The translations under genes and the position numbers were made by a program. Of a stretch of DNA of 64,000 nucleotides, positions 46,475 through 55,969 are shown piece by piece (the stretch's first letter is position 1; the number at the start of each line of letters is the position of its first letter). The notes below the pieces were generated by a model. The model was not told the origin of the DNA. It did not search any database and worked only from the letters and a program-made list of their open reading frames with translations. The DNA lies in contig JAYWGM010000092.1 in the NCBI GenBank assembly GCA_043778225.1, forward strand, positions 4,842 to 68,841. Reading direction: 5' to 3'. The DNA comes from Deinococcales bacterium. Its GTDB lineage: Bacteria; Deinococcota; Deinococci; Deinococcales; JAAFIG01.

Positions 46475-47118
46475 AATTTTCCTTTTGAAGCCAATCCCAT
46501 AAAAAGGGTCGAGAGGCTATGCTCGAGTGCAACCGCAAACGAGACGTGCATGGCTGCAATTTCAGGGCGTTGTAAGACCAATTGCATTGTGCCAACAGGG
46601 CGCGACATCTGGGCTAAACCAATTACCAAGGCATTGATGGTTTGCAGCATCTCGAGTCCGTTGCTGTTTGGAAATATGGCTTCGAGTTTTGGAATGACGC
46701 TGCTGCTTTGCTCGAGTAGAAAAGTCTTAAATTTAAGGGCGGCTTCGTAACTTAAATTTTGCTCGAGGATACTGACTTGGACAGCAAATAAGCTAACCAG
46801 CGTTTGGCGGCTCGAGATGCTGTTGGCAATTTGTATTGCCAAGTTTTTTGATGGCTCGAGAGCGAGGGCTGGCTCGAGGATGTGGTGTAATTCTACAAAC
46901 CAAGCCTCGAGTTCTTGGCTTAAAAGTTCGAGTAACAATTCCTCCTTGGTGGCAAAATATAAATAGGTTGTGCCTTTGGCAAGACTGGCTTTCTGCGCCA
47001 CTTCAAGCATCGAAAATGCCATAGCGCATTGTTCAAAAAGTTCTCGAGCCACAGCCAGCAACAAGTTGCGACGGTCTTCTTTGGCGCTTTGGCTTCTGGC
47101 TCGAGTCTTAATGACCAT
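46471..47118 (-). CDS. TetR-family transcriptional regulator
   Basis: 'MLEVAQKASLAKGTTYLYFATKEELLLELL' is the TetR HTH. There is a 4-nt overlap with the downstream SDR gene. Confidence 0.85.
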   Translation of the reverse strand: MVIKTRARSQSAKEDRRNLLLAVARELFEQCAMAFSMLEVAQKASLAKGTTYLYFATKEELLLELLSQELEAWFVELHHILEPALALEPSKNLAIQIANSISSRQTLVSLFAVQVSILEQNLSYEAALKFKTFLLEQSSSVIPKLEAIFPNSNGLEMLQTINALVIGLAQMSRPVGTMQLVLQRPEIAAMHVSFAVALEHSLSTLFMGLASKGKL

Positions 47119-47148
47119 AAGTCAGATATTAAATGACTTATGGTCATT
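47110..47148. promoter_or_regulatory. probable TetR operator (15-bp inverted repeat)
   Basis: AATGACCATAAGTCA (47110-47124), a 9-nt spacer, then TGACTTATGGTCATT (47134-47148). It overlaps the tetR start codon (47118). Confidence 0.65.
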
Positions 47149-47159
47149 TGTCAAGACCT

Positions 47160-47188
47160 AAAAAAAAGGGCAGCATCCTGCCCTTTTT
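47160..47188 (-). terminator. rho-independent terminator of the lipoprotein gene
   Basis: GGGCAG/CTGCCC stem flanked by an A8 and a T5 run. Confidence 0.7.
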
Positions 47189-47204
47189 GCTCGAGATTTG
47201 TATT

Positions 47205-47597
47205 TTAGTAGGTGTTCAAAACAAATTTGATATTCAAATCGTTGGTAAAAACCTGTGCATAATCGCCGCACCCGGACTTGGCTGGCGTACAGCTTGCGTC
47301 CACGGCAGCAACGGTGGCGTTTTCGCGCTTGACAAAAGTCCAAGCCAACCGAATTTTGGCGTTGGGAGCAAATATGCCAAAGGCTGGAAGCGGTGTTGCC
47401 TCGAGAATCAAAGAAGTCTCGGTGATCACCACAGGCGAATAAAAGTTATACGAGAAACTTGGCTGGGTTTGTAGCCCTTTGGCGACGATCGCATCCTGAA
47501 GTTGTTGGACTGTGGCTTTGTAGACCGACAGAGGACGCGATTGTGGAATACAACTGACCGAGACCAAAAGTAGGAGCAATAAAGAAAGCCTTTTCAT
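47205..47597 (-). CDS. putative lipoprotein
   Basis: 'MKRLSLLLLLLVSVSC' is a lipobox-type signal when translation starts at ATG 47597. Confidence 0.55.
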   Translation of the reverse strand: MKRLSLLLLLLVSVSCIPQSRPLSVYKATVQQLQDAIVAKGLQTQPSFSYNFYSPVVITETSLILEATPLPAFGIFAPNAKIRLAWTFVKRENATVAAVDASCTPAKSGCGDYAQVFTNDLNIKFVLNTY

Positions 47598-47691
47598 AAT
47601 TCGAGCATAACAAATAGTTTTAAGGCAAGAAAAGGACATTGGTTTATTCTGCCAGCTGTAACTGCATCTCAACCTGCGCTCGGCTTGGCGG

Positions 47692-47886
47692 TCAATTGTC
47701 GAGCATCACGGTAAGCGTTAAATTTGCTAAAATCGCGGCTCGTGCTACCTCAATTGCCATCAGGCGCTTATTGACCCTGCGACCAGTGGCATAAGCAATT
47801 TCGATGCTCGAGTCTGGCGAATTGCGTGGAAAAATAAATTGGTCGGCGTGTAAGTAAACCAGTTCGCTTGATGATAAATTTTTCAT
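47692..47886 (-). CDS. hypothetical small protein
   Basis: 64-aa ORF 24 nt downstream of, and co-oriented with, the CxxC-rich gene. Confidence 0.3.
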   Translation of the reverse strand: MKNLSSSELVYLHADQFIFPRNSPDSSIEIAYATGRRVNKRLMAIEVARAAILANLTLTVMLDN

Positions 47887-47909
47887 GTTGGCAGTTTAAG
47901 ACATAATTG

Positions 47910-48668
47910 TCAGCTTTCCAATTTGAGAATTTGGGCTTCAAGTCGGGCTTTTTGCTCGAGATTTTTGGCTTTGTTTTTTGCACGGCGCAAAAATATCAAG
48001 GCTCGAGGGTCAGAAAACTCGAGTAAGATTTGGCTGGCTTGGTATAGGTTGTCGAAAGTTGGATTGGCAGGAATCAAGATATGCTCGAGCCAATGCTGCC
48101 GAATTTTAGATTTTTGGCAATCTGGGCAGTTGTGCCGTTTTGCGTCGCTAGAAATAATGTACTGCTGATGTGCCCAACGCTGCCAACTTTTTGTAACCAA
48201 AAATTCTTTGAGGCAAGTATGACAAATCATGGTTTGATCAAAATAAAAATACGGACGATGCCCACCAGCAGACTGGAGATTTAGTAAAAAAATTGTTTCA
48301 AAATTTGCCAGTTCAGCCCGTCCAGCCTTGACGCAATTATCACAAGCCCAAATTCGCAGCGTAAAAGGAATTTTGACCCAATGAAATAGATCGCCATTCA
48401 GATAGCTAAACCAGACAACTCGAGCCTGACGTGCCAAAACCTCAACGGCGCTGACAAAGGCTTCGTTTAAGTCCTGCAAACTGCGCTGCTCGAGAATCCG
48501 AACTTTAAGACCACAACAAGGACAGGTCACTTGAAAATCATGGCGTTCATATTGCTTTAAGTTTGGACGATACAAATCTAAGATGCGTTTTTGGCGTTGT
48601 TGAAAGACTTTGCGCCATTCTGGGATCCAGTCAGCCTCGAGTAAATGTTTGTCTGATTTGGCTGCCAT
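47910..48668 (-). CDS. hypothetical protein with four CxxC pairs (two zinc-ribbon-like units)
   Basis: The four pairs are 'CPCCG', 'CDNC', 'CHTC' and 'CPDC', spaced through 252 aa. No family recognised. Confidence 0.5.
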   Translation of the reverse strand: MAAKSDKHLLEADWIPEWRKVFQQRQKRILDLYRPNLKQYERHDFQVTCPCCGLKVRILEQRSLQDLNEAFVSAVEVLARQARVVWFSYLNGDLFHWVKIPFTLRIWACDNCVKAGRAELANFETIFLLNLQSAGGHRPYFYFDQTMICHTCLKEFLVTKSWQRWAHQQYIISSDAKRHNCPDCQKSKIRQHWLEHILIPANPTFDNLYQASQILLEFSDPRALIFLRRAKNKAKNLEQKARLEAQILKLES

Positions 48669-48786
48669 GAGCTTATTTTACTCGAGTTTTGTCACCTTCA
48701 CAGGCACAACCGTTCTCGAGCGCTGCAAAGGTGTAAACTTGGTACGTTTTGTGCCGTTGGGAGACACCCAAGGTATTAGGAGGAAC

Positions 48787-49941
48787 ATGAAACTTCATGA
48801 GTACCAAGCTAAGGAATTACTAGCCAGTTATGGTGTGCCAGTGCCGATGGGAAAAATTGCCCGCACCCCAGAAGAAGCCAAAGCAATTGCTAACGAATAC
48901 GCTGCCATGACTGTGATTAAAGCCCAAGTTCATGTCGGTGGGCGTGGCAAGGCTGGCGGCGTGAAACTGGCTAAGGATGCCAATGATGCCTTTGAAAAAG
49001 CCCAAGCGATTCTGGGCATGGACATTAAAGGCTTAACGGTTAAAAAAGTCTTGGTCGCTAAAGCCGTGGATATTGCCAAGGAATACTACTGTGGCTTAAT
49101 TCATGACCGTAATGTCCAATCTTTTACTTTAATGGTCTCTAAAGAAGGCGGTGTGGACATCGAAGAGGTGGCTGCCACCAATCCAGAAGCGATTACCCGA
49201 TTTGCAATTGACCCAATCAAAGGCTTACGGGCTTTCGAAGCCCGCCAAATTGCCTTGGACGCTGGACTCGAGGGCAACCTTAACAAGATTGCTGCAATGA
49301 TGGTCGGCTTGTGGCAAGCGGCGGCTGGCTCGGACGCGACCTTAGCCGAAATTAACCCGCTTGTGATTACCACCACAGGCGAAGTGATTGCTGCTGACGC
49401 AAAAATAGACATTGATGACAACGCCATGTACCGCCATCCAGACCTCGAGGCGTACCGTGAAGTTGAAGCCGAGCATCCGCTCGAGGTCGAAGCCAAAGCC
49501 TTTGGTTTTAGTTACGTTAAACTCGATGGGCATATTGGCGTGATTGGTAATGGCGCGGGTTTGGTCATGACCAGCTTGGATGTCGTCTCGAGGGTTGGGG
49601 GCAAAGCTGCCAACTTCTTGGACATCGGCGGTGGCGCAAAAGCCGATATTGTTTATAACGCCGTTAAACTGGTCTGCAAAGACCCAGATGTAAAGGGCAT
49701 TTTAATTAACATTTTTGGTGGGATTACTCGCGCCGACGAAGTGGCTAAGGGTGTGATTCGCGCCCTCGAGGACGGGATTCTCAATAAGCCCCTCGCCATG
49801 CGTGTGGCTGGAACAGCCGTAGCCGAAGCTAACGAACTCTTAAAAGATAAACCAATCAACATTTATCCAACCATGATGGAAGCTGCTACAGCCGTCGTGG
49901 CTGAAGCCGCTCCCGTACCTGTATCGGAGGCAGCGTTATGA
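48787..49941 (+). CDS. sucC: succinate--CoA ligase (ADP-forming) beta subunit
   Basis: '[20 protein letters not shown]' and '[15 protein letters not shown]'. An AGGAGG SD lies 4 nt before ATG 48787. Confidence 0.95.
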   Translation: MKLHEYQAKELLASYGVPVPMGKIARTPEEAKAIANEYAAMTVIKAQVHVGGRGKAGGVKLAKDANDAFEKAQAILGMDIKGLTVKKVLVAKAVDIAKEYYCGLIHDRNVQSFTLMVSKEGGVDIEEVAATNPEAITRFAIDPIKGLRAFEARQIALDAGLEGNLNKIAAMMVGLWQAAAGSDATLAEINPLVITTTGEVIAADAKIDIDDNAMYRHPDLEAYREVEAEHPLEVEAKAFGFSYVKLDGHIGVIGNGAGLVMTSLDVVSRVGGKAANFLDIGGGAKADIVYNAVKLVCKDPDVKGILINIFGGITRADEVAKGVIRALEDGILNKPLAMRVAGTAVAEANELLKDKPINIYPTMMEAATAVVAEAAPVPVSEAAL

Positions 49942-50828
49942 GCATCCTAATCAATAAAAGCACCAAAGTCTTAGTGCAAGGCATCACTGGGCGCGAAGGC
50001 GCTTATCACACCGAGAAAATGCTCGAGTACGGTACACAAGTCGTGGCTGGTAGCACCCCCGGCAAAGGCGGACAAACCCTCAACGTGCTTGGCAAAAGTA
50101 TTCCAGTCTATAACAGTGTTCAAGAAGCCAAAGCGGCTCATCCAGACATCGATGCCAGCATTATTTTTGTACCACCGCCTGCGGCTGCCGATGCAACCCT
50201 CGAGGCGGCTCACGCTGGAATTGCGCTAATTGTCAATATCGCTGAAGGAATGCCGGTCTTTGACATGATGAAAGTGGTCAAAGAGTTAAAAGAAATGCCA
50301 AATGTGCGCTTAATTGGTGGGAACTGCCCCGGTTTAATTACGCCAGGTGAATGTAAGCTCGGAATTATGCCCGCCAGCACTTTCAAAGCTGGGCGGGTCG
50401 GGATGATCTCGAGAAGCGGTACTTTGACCTACGAAGCCAGTGCGATGCTCGCGGCGGCTGATATTGGTTGCAGCACTGTGGTTGGCATTGGTGGCGACCC
50501 CATGATCGGTACGACTTTTATAGATTTACTGCCAATGTTCAACGAAGACCCAAATACCGATGCCGTGGTCATGATTGGTGAAATTGGTGGCGCAGACGAA
50601 GAACAAGCCGCCGAGTGGATTAGTAAAAACATGAAAAAACCCGTGATTGCTTTTATCAGTGGGCGCACTGCACCAAAAGGAAAGCGCATGGGTCACGCTG
50701 GAGCGCTGATTATGGGCAATGTCGGCACAGCTGAATCCAAGCTCGAGGCGATGGCGAAAGCCAATGTACCAGTGGCAGATACGATGGAAGATATTATTGT
50801 ATTGACCAAAAAAGCTCTTGGGTTATAA
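49938..50828 (+). CDS. sucD: succinate--CoA ligase alpha subunit
   Basis: '[11 protein letters not shown]', 'SRSGTLTYE' and 'MGHAGALI' (phosphohistidine loop). Confidence 0.95.
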   Translation: MSILINKSTKVLVQGITGREGAYHTEKMLEYGTQVVAGSTPGKGGQTLNVLGKSIPVYNSVQEAKAAHPDIDASIIFVPPPAAADATLEAAHAGIALIVNIAEGMPVFDMMKVVKELKEMPNVRLIGGNCPGLITPGECKLGIMPASTFKAGRVGMISRSGTLTYEASAMLAAADIGCSTVVGIGGDPMIGTTFIDLLPMFNEDPNTDAVVMIGEIGGADEEQAAEWISKNMKKPVIAFISGRTAPKGKRMGHAGALIMGNVGTAESKLEAMAKANVPVADTMEDIIVLTKKALGL

Positions 50829-50842
50829 GGTTTTCTCGAGTC

Positions 50843-50873
50843 AAAAAGCGCGGTTAATCGCCGCGTTTTTTTT
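50843..50873 (+). terminator. rho-independent terminator after sucD
   Basis: Stem AAAGCGCGG/CCGCGTTT followed by T8. Confidence 0.75.
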
Positions 50874-50906
50874 GATGTCAATAACTTTTCGATCTACATT
50901 TAGCGT

Positions 50907-51002
50907 ATCAACAAAACACAAGTTATACCGTCTTTACATAGATACTCTGTATTCCGCAAAAAGCGCGAAATACGCCGTATCCGTCAAAGACGGTCTTTTT
51001 TT
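50907..51002 (+). ncRNA. candidate small RNA (promoter plus long hairpin plus U-tract)
   Basis: TTGATG (50872-50877), a 17-nt spacer, then TACATT (50895-50900). A long imperfect hairpin follows, with outer stem ACCGTCTTT (50927-50935) / AAAGACGGT (50986-50994) and then C-T7. No ORF. Confidence 0.25.
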
Positions 51003-51102
51003 CACTCCCTTTGGTCGGGAAGTTCTTACGAACTTCCTCAATTTGGTATTATTACGCCAACACTGGCATTACCCGAAAAGAAAGCCAGAGGCTTTACATA
51101 GA

Positions 51103-51330
51103 TTAAGGCTGATTTGAAACTTTGTCAGTGTGAGCGCGTAAGCGGCTATGGAGCATCACCTCGAATTCCTCGCGGGTAGCGTAAGCTCGTACTTCATTAC
51201 CTGTTTGGATTTGACTGATTGCCTTGGTGGTTTCAAGTTCGAGTTCTTTTTCAAATTCAATGGCTTGCTGTTCGAGTAGGCTTTTTTCTACTTGAGTTAA
51301 TTCTCGAGGCTGGTTTATTACTGCGTTCAT
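51103..51330 (-). CDS. hypothetical small acidic coiled-coil protein
   Basis: 75 aa from ATG 51330, 20 nt downstream of the dus stop. No known motif. Confidence 0.35.
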   Translation of the reverse strand: MNAVINQPRELTQVEKSLLEQQAIEFEKELELETTKAISQIQTGNEVRAYATREEFEVMLHSRLRAHTDKVSNQP

Positions 51331-51349
51331 GTTCACGATGTTACACCTT

Positions 51350-52384
51350 TTAATCTCGAGCCGCGTGTCCATCTAAGCTGGCGGCTCGGTGTCCCTCAAA
51401 AGCTGCGCCCATGCTGACATTCTCGAGACTGACCTCTGGGAAAATTTCGCTAAATAGCACTCGTACACTTTCTAAACTCGAGACTTGGGTTATTTGTTGG
51501 CGGACTCGGTTTGCTCCAGCAAAACCCTTAAAATAATGCGGCAACACACCGCGCATTTGGCGCATTCCGGTTTGTTGTCCGTACCATTCGGCATTGAGTA
51601 AACAGTGTCGGTAGGCAAGTTGCACAATTTCTGGTAACTCGAGGCTCACCCCGCCCAGCACTTCTTGGAATATCCACGGTCTGCCAACTGCGCCGCGACC
51701 AATCATGATGCCACTGGCTTTGTGTTGGCGCTCAATAAACATGGCTTTGCTGGTGACATCGCCACTTCCAATCAAGGGAATAGACAGGTGGCTCGAGACT
51801 TCTTCAATTTTGTCCCAGTCGGCTTGTCCAGAGTACGCCTGGGCGCGGGTGCGTCCATGCAGGGCAATGCTGGCAGCGCCGCCACTCTCGAGGGCTTTGG
51901 CGACTTCAATGGCGTTGTATTTGTCCCAGCCTAAGCGAATTTTGGCGGATACTGGAATCGGAACGGCTTTGTCGAGGGCAGCAATCACATCATGCGCTAA
52001 ATCTGGGGTTTGCAATAAGCACGCGCCGCCGCCGTTCTTGACGATTTTTGGCACGGGGCAACCCATGTTAATGTCAAGGGCTACGGGCTTAAATTCTTCA
52101 TAAAGTTTTGCGCCTGCTTCTGCCATGATTTGCGGGTCAGAACCGAATAATTGAATGATTAGGTTTGGTTCGCCAAGGTAAGGTTCGCCGATTTCAAAAC
52201 TTTTCTTGCCATTCATGACCACGCCCATGCTCGAGACCATTTCGGTCACAGCCCAAGCTGCGCCGTATTCACGGCAGAGTAACCGAAATGGCGCGTCAGA
52301 AAAACCTGCCATTGGGGCGAGGACAGCCCCGCCAGACTCGAGTTGGGTGCGATGAAAACTGGTTTTAGAAGCTGTTACGGTCAT
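51350..52384 (-). CDS. dus: tRNA dihydrouridine synthase
   Basis: 'LAPMAGFSDAPFRLLCREYGA', 'DINMGCPVPKI' and 'HGRTRAQAYSGQADW' are Dus family motifs. Confidence 0.9.
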   Translation of the reverse strand: MTVTASKTSFHRTQLESGGAVLAPMAGFSDAPFRLLCREYGAAWAVTEMVSSMGVVMNGKKSFEIGEPYLGEPNLIIQLFGSDPQIMAEAGAKLYEEFKPVALDINMGCPVPKIVKNGGGACLLQTPDLAHDVIAALDKAVPIPVSAKIRLGWDKYNAIEVAKALESGGAASIALHGRTRAQAYSGQADWDKIEEVSSHLSIPLIGSGDVTSKAMFIERQHKASGIMIGRGAVGRPWIFQEVLGGVSLELPEIVQLAYRHCLLNAEWYGQQTGMRQMRGVLPHYFKGFAGANRVRQQITQVSSLESVRVLFSEIFPEVSLENVSMGAAFEGHRAASLDGHAARD

Positions 52385-52480
52385 AGCCTTGCAAGTCTAG
52401 CAGAATACAAGTAAAAGTCGAAAGCCAAAAGGCTTAGATTCTCACAGCTTTTTTTTAGTTTTTAGCTTAGACTGTTCAAC

Positions 52481-53290
52481 ATGAAACAAAGGCTGGTGCT
52501 GTTTTTGATGCTGTTCTCGAGCCTAGCGTTAAGTGCTGTGCCGGACGAAAAATCTTGGCTCGAGGTGGTCGTGCAACAAGCCAATCAGCCAAATGTGGCA
52601 ATGTATGATTTACAAAAGGTAGCTGACTTAAACCAAGGCACATTTTTGACCGACACCACACGGGCAACGTTAAGATTTCAAAAACGGATTACTTATGTTT
52701 TCCCTAACAGCTTTGATGTGATTGTGGATGGTCAAGATATTCGTTTGAATGCGCCAGTCTTACTTAAAGATAAACGTTGGCTTGCGCCACGTGTGCTGCT
52801 CGAGGCATTGCAACTTAAAGCCCCAACCGCCATCGAAGACGATGCGCCTTTACAAACCCTCGAGTTGCCTTGGGAAAACCTCGAGCTAAAATCTGGCGTG
52901 TCTGGTTTGCATCTTTTTTATACTTCTGAATATAATTCGGTGGATGACGCGAGTATTTTTTTGATGCCATTTGAACTGGTCTCGAGCTTAGACAAAGACT
53001 TGCAAACCTCGGTGCGAAATGTCTTGGCGAACCTCAACTTAAATCAAGCCGGTAAAATTTTATACTTCTCGGTAGCAACCGAAAAAGGCAGCAATCCGAT
53101 TGACCAACTCGAGTTTATTCAAGGAGCAACTCGCTATGCAGTCGAAAATGGGGCAGGGTTGTACAGTTTTTCTGGAGTTTTCCCAAAAGCCAGCCTAGGA
53201 GCGGTCAAACTCCCAAGCAGTTTTAATCTGCGCCAACCCATCCGAATTATTTGGGGCGATTCCAGCGCAGATTATGTGTTTGTTCGTTAG
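52481..53290 (+). CDS. secreted hypothetical protein
   Basis: Signal peptide MKQRLVLFLMLFSSLALSA. TAGACT (52468-52473) lies 7 nt before the ATG. Confidence 0.5.
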   Translation: MKQRLVLFLMLFSSLALSAVPDEKSWLEVVVQQANQPNVAMYDLQKVADLNQGTFLTDTTRATLRFQKRITYVFPNSFDVIVDGQDIRLNAPVLLKDKRWLAPRVLLEALQLKAPTAIEDDAPLQTLELPWENLELKSGVSGLHLFYTSEYNSVDDASIFLMPFELVSSLDKDLQTSVRNVLANLNLNQAGKILYFSVATEKGSNPIDQLEFIQGATRYAVENGAGLYSFSGVFPKASLGAVKLPSSFNLRQPIRIIWGDSSADYVFVR

Positions 53291-53425
53291 GAGTGCATCA
53301 CGAACGTGCTTTGGCTGAGTTGGCTTGGGATGCCTGTCAAAAATTTTGCTGCCATGTCGGCTTTCTTTGAAAATGCACTTGGTCTCGAGTTATAAAGTCG
53401 AGACCAGTTCAGTTCAAGGTTCTCT

Positions 53426-54733
53426 TTAGCGGCTGTTGCCACGTCCACGGCGTTGGATGCTCGAGGGTCGTGGGTGTTCACTGCGTGGTGTACCAGCCCC
53501 TTGTTGGGTTGTGGCAGTGCGTCCAGCTTGCGGTGAGCGCCTTGGGGCATTGCGACGTGGGTCGCCTTGTCTCGAGTCACCACGGTCTACGGTCATTTTT
53601 TCGCCAACCGCTTTGTAATTAAAGCCTTCGACCCATGAGCGCGGCAGTTTTTGTTGAATGGCACGTTCGATGTCGAATAATTGCCCTTCTTCTTCTTTGC
53701 TAAAAAAAGTCAGGGCTTCACCAGTCCGTTCGGCTCGAGCCGTGCGCCCAACACGGTGAATATAATCTTCGGGGATGGCTGGAACATCGAAGTTAATCAC
53801 ATATTCAAGGTCTTGAACATCAATACCTCGAGCCGCGATGTCGGTTGCCACCAAGACTCGGTACTTACCCGACTTAAAGCCTTTGAGGGCTTCGGTGCGC
53901 TGTGATTGGCTGCGGTTGCCATGAATTCGTTCGCAGTTTACGCCATACCCACTCAAGTATTTTTGTAACCCATTAGCACGGTGTTTGGTGCGGGTAAAGA
54001 CAATCACACTTTCCATTGGGTTTTGTGCCAGCATCTCGAGTAGCAGCGCAGGCTTGAGGCTTTGTGGCACAGGATAACAACTCTGGGTGATGCCCGTGGC
54101 GGGTTTGGCTTGGCGCTCGACGTTTAATGTAATCGGGCGGTTTAGTAAGTCCTTGGCGAGTTGCCCAATCTGGGTGGGCATGGTTGCTGAGAAAAACAGT
54201 GTTTGTTGCGGCTTTGGAATGTGCTGCAAAATCTTTTTGATGCTTGGTAAAAAACCCATGTCGAGCATACGGTCAGCTTCGTCAAAAACCAAGACCTCGA
54301 GACTATTTAATTTGGCGTAATTGTACTGAAAATGATCCATTAAACGCCCGGGGGTGGCAATCAAAATATCGATGCCGCGCTCGAATGCCTGAACCTGTCC
54401 TTTCATTGGTACACCACCAAAAATCGTGGCGCTTTTGACGGGTGCGTACTTACCTAGTTCTTGGATGGCTTCGTGAATCTGCATGGCGAGTTCTCGAGTT
54501 GGGCAAAGAATAAGCGCTCTGGTAACACCACGGGTTTTTTTGAATAAACGCTCTAAAATCGGCAACACAAAAGCGGCGGTCTTGCCACTGCCAGTCATGG
54601 CGCAACCCAGCACATCTCGACCCTCGAGGGCTGGTGGGAGGGCTTTTTCTTGAATATCGGTCGGGTTTTCGTAACCCGCGTCTTTAATTCCACGTAAGAG
54701 CGAGCCATGTAAGGCAAATTTTTCAAATGACAT
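53426..54733 (-). CDS. DEAD-box ATP-dependent RNA helicase
   Basis: Q motif, 'AMTGSGKTAAF', 'VFDEADRMLDMGF', 'SAT', 'HRVGRTARA' and an Arg/Gly-rich tail. Confidence 0.95.
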   Translation of the reverse strand: MSFEKFALHGSLLRGIKDAGYENPTDIQEKALPPALEGRDVLGCAMTGSGKTAAFVLPILERLFKKTRGVTRALILCPTRELAMQIHEAIQELGKYAPVKSATIFGGVPMKGQVQAFERGIDILIATPGRLMDHFQYNYAKLNSLEVLVFDEADRMLDMGFLPSIKKILQHIPKPQQTLFFSATMPTQIGQLAKDLLNRPITLNVERQAKPATGITQSCYPVPQSLKPALLLEMLAQNPMESVIVFTRTKHRANGLQKYLSGYGVNCERIHGNRSQSQRTEALKGFKSGKYRVLVATDIAARGIDVQDLEYVINFDVPAIPEDYIHRVGRTARAERTGEALTFFSKEEEGQLFDIERAIQQKLPRSWVEGFNYKAVGEKMTVDRGDSRQGDPRRNAPRRSPQAGRTATTQQGAGTPRSEHPRPSSIQRRGRGNSR

Positions 54734-55079
54734 ATTGTAATCCTGTAAACCACGAAACCTCGAGATTCAGGACGAGAGGCGTAGAAAAGAAAGAGGCGAA
54801 CTCGAGCGCAAGCAGCCGTCCTGATGAAAGGCTTGCAACAACTGTCTAGCATACACCAACAATAGTGAAAGTCATGGGCAAAATAGCCTAAGTATCTACC
54901 GCCTTTGTTTTAGATTTTTCAAAATACGGCAAATCTGTCACTTCAGCGGTAGATACGCTGTCCTTACTCCTTCTAGTCGCAAAATGTTTTAGGAAAAACA
55001 CCTAAAACATTTCGGGGAGATACTTAGGTGGTGATTTTGGGTTGACGAGCGGATACTTGACAAAAAATTGTGGACTTAA

Positions 55080-55679
55080 TTAACGCGAAGTCATATGAAC
55101 CAGAATTCCTAGGATAGCCTCGAGTTCGGTCAATGTATATTCACGAATATCCAAGGTGACTTGTGTTCCCTCGAGTTGTAAAAATCGCCAATCTGTACCA
55201 CTGGTGACAGCGCCAAAAATCTTTTCTCGAGCCTGATTACGGGCTTGATTAAAACGTTGTGCCGCGATCATCTCTGCTACACACTGGGCAATCCCGCCAG
55301 ATAAATCTTCACGTTTTGCCTCTACAAGCATCACCACAGGGGCTTGTACTTGAATTAAAAGTGGGTCTTGGCTGATTAAAAAGTCACAGAAACCATGTAA
55401 ACCAAGTTTTTTATCAACATTGAATGCTACGCCAGAAAAAACAGCAATTCGCTGCTCGAGGATTTCACGAATCTCGACTAGAATGGGGGCGATAATATGT
55501 TCGGAACGGGCTTTTTCTGTGCCTTTGCCAATCACAAGTGGTAAATTGCGTTTGAGTACAGCGGTTAGTAAATCGCTGGCTTTTTGAAGTTTGACTTGGG
55601 CAAATAAATCTTTATTCTGCACAATAGAAAGTGCAAATCGTTGTATCAGTAAATCCAAGGTGAAGCCTTCGTATGCCAT
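55080..55679 (-). CDS. PD-(D/E)xK nuclease-superfamily protein (HsdR-N-like)
   Basis: 'GFCDFLIS...VVMLVEAKRED' gives a D...ExK arrangement. CTCGAG density is native-like (4 copies in 600 bp). Confidence 0.5.
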   Translation of the reverse strand: MAYEGFTLDLLIQRFALSIVQNKDLFAQVKLQKASDLLTAVLKRNLPLVIGKGTEKARSEHIIAPILVEIREILEQRIAVFSGVAFNVDKKLGLHGFCDFLISQDPLLIQVQAPVVMLVEAKREDLSGGIAQCVAEMIAAQRFNQARNQAREKIFGAVTSGTDWRFLQLEGTQVTLDIREYTLTELEAILGILVHMTSR

Positions 55680-55708
55680 AGCGTTAGCCTAGCACAGCAT
55701 CTAGCTGT

Positions 55709-55784
55709 TTATAGATACTTTTCGAGCCAACCTAGATACTCTTTTAGCCTAAAGACCCGCCTATCTGGTCTGCCGCTTTTCGAG
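55709..55784 (-). pseudogene. orphan copy of the last 25 codons plus stop of the S9 peptidase gene (left direct repeat)
   Basis: Encodes ..SKSGRPDRRVFRLKEYLGWLEKYL*, versus ..SRSGRPDRRVFRLKEYLGWLEQHL* in the live gene at 58475-58550. The 63-nt core is 59/63 identical. Confidence 0.85.
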
Positions 55785-55860
55785 TTTATTTTATACCGAG
55801 TCTCAAGTCGCTCGAATAAAATCATTTACGCAACGAAATTGTTCGAGGTTGAACATAGCT

Positions 55861-55969
55861 GTGTCAATAATGCTAGTCTATGGATTGGGATTATATCACT
55901 CAAGAAGATTTGGCGGCAACACCTACATTTGGTGTCAATAATGCTAGTCTATGGATTGGGATTATATCA
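55861..55969 (+). repeat. perfect 38-bp direct repeat with a 33-bp spacer
   Basis: GTGTCAATAATGCTAGTCTATGGATTGGGATTATATCA occurs at 55861-55898 and 55932-55969, at the 5' end of the REase-like gene. Confidence 0.95.
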
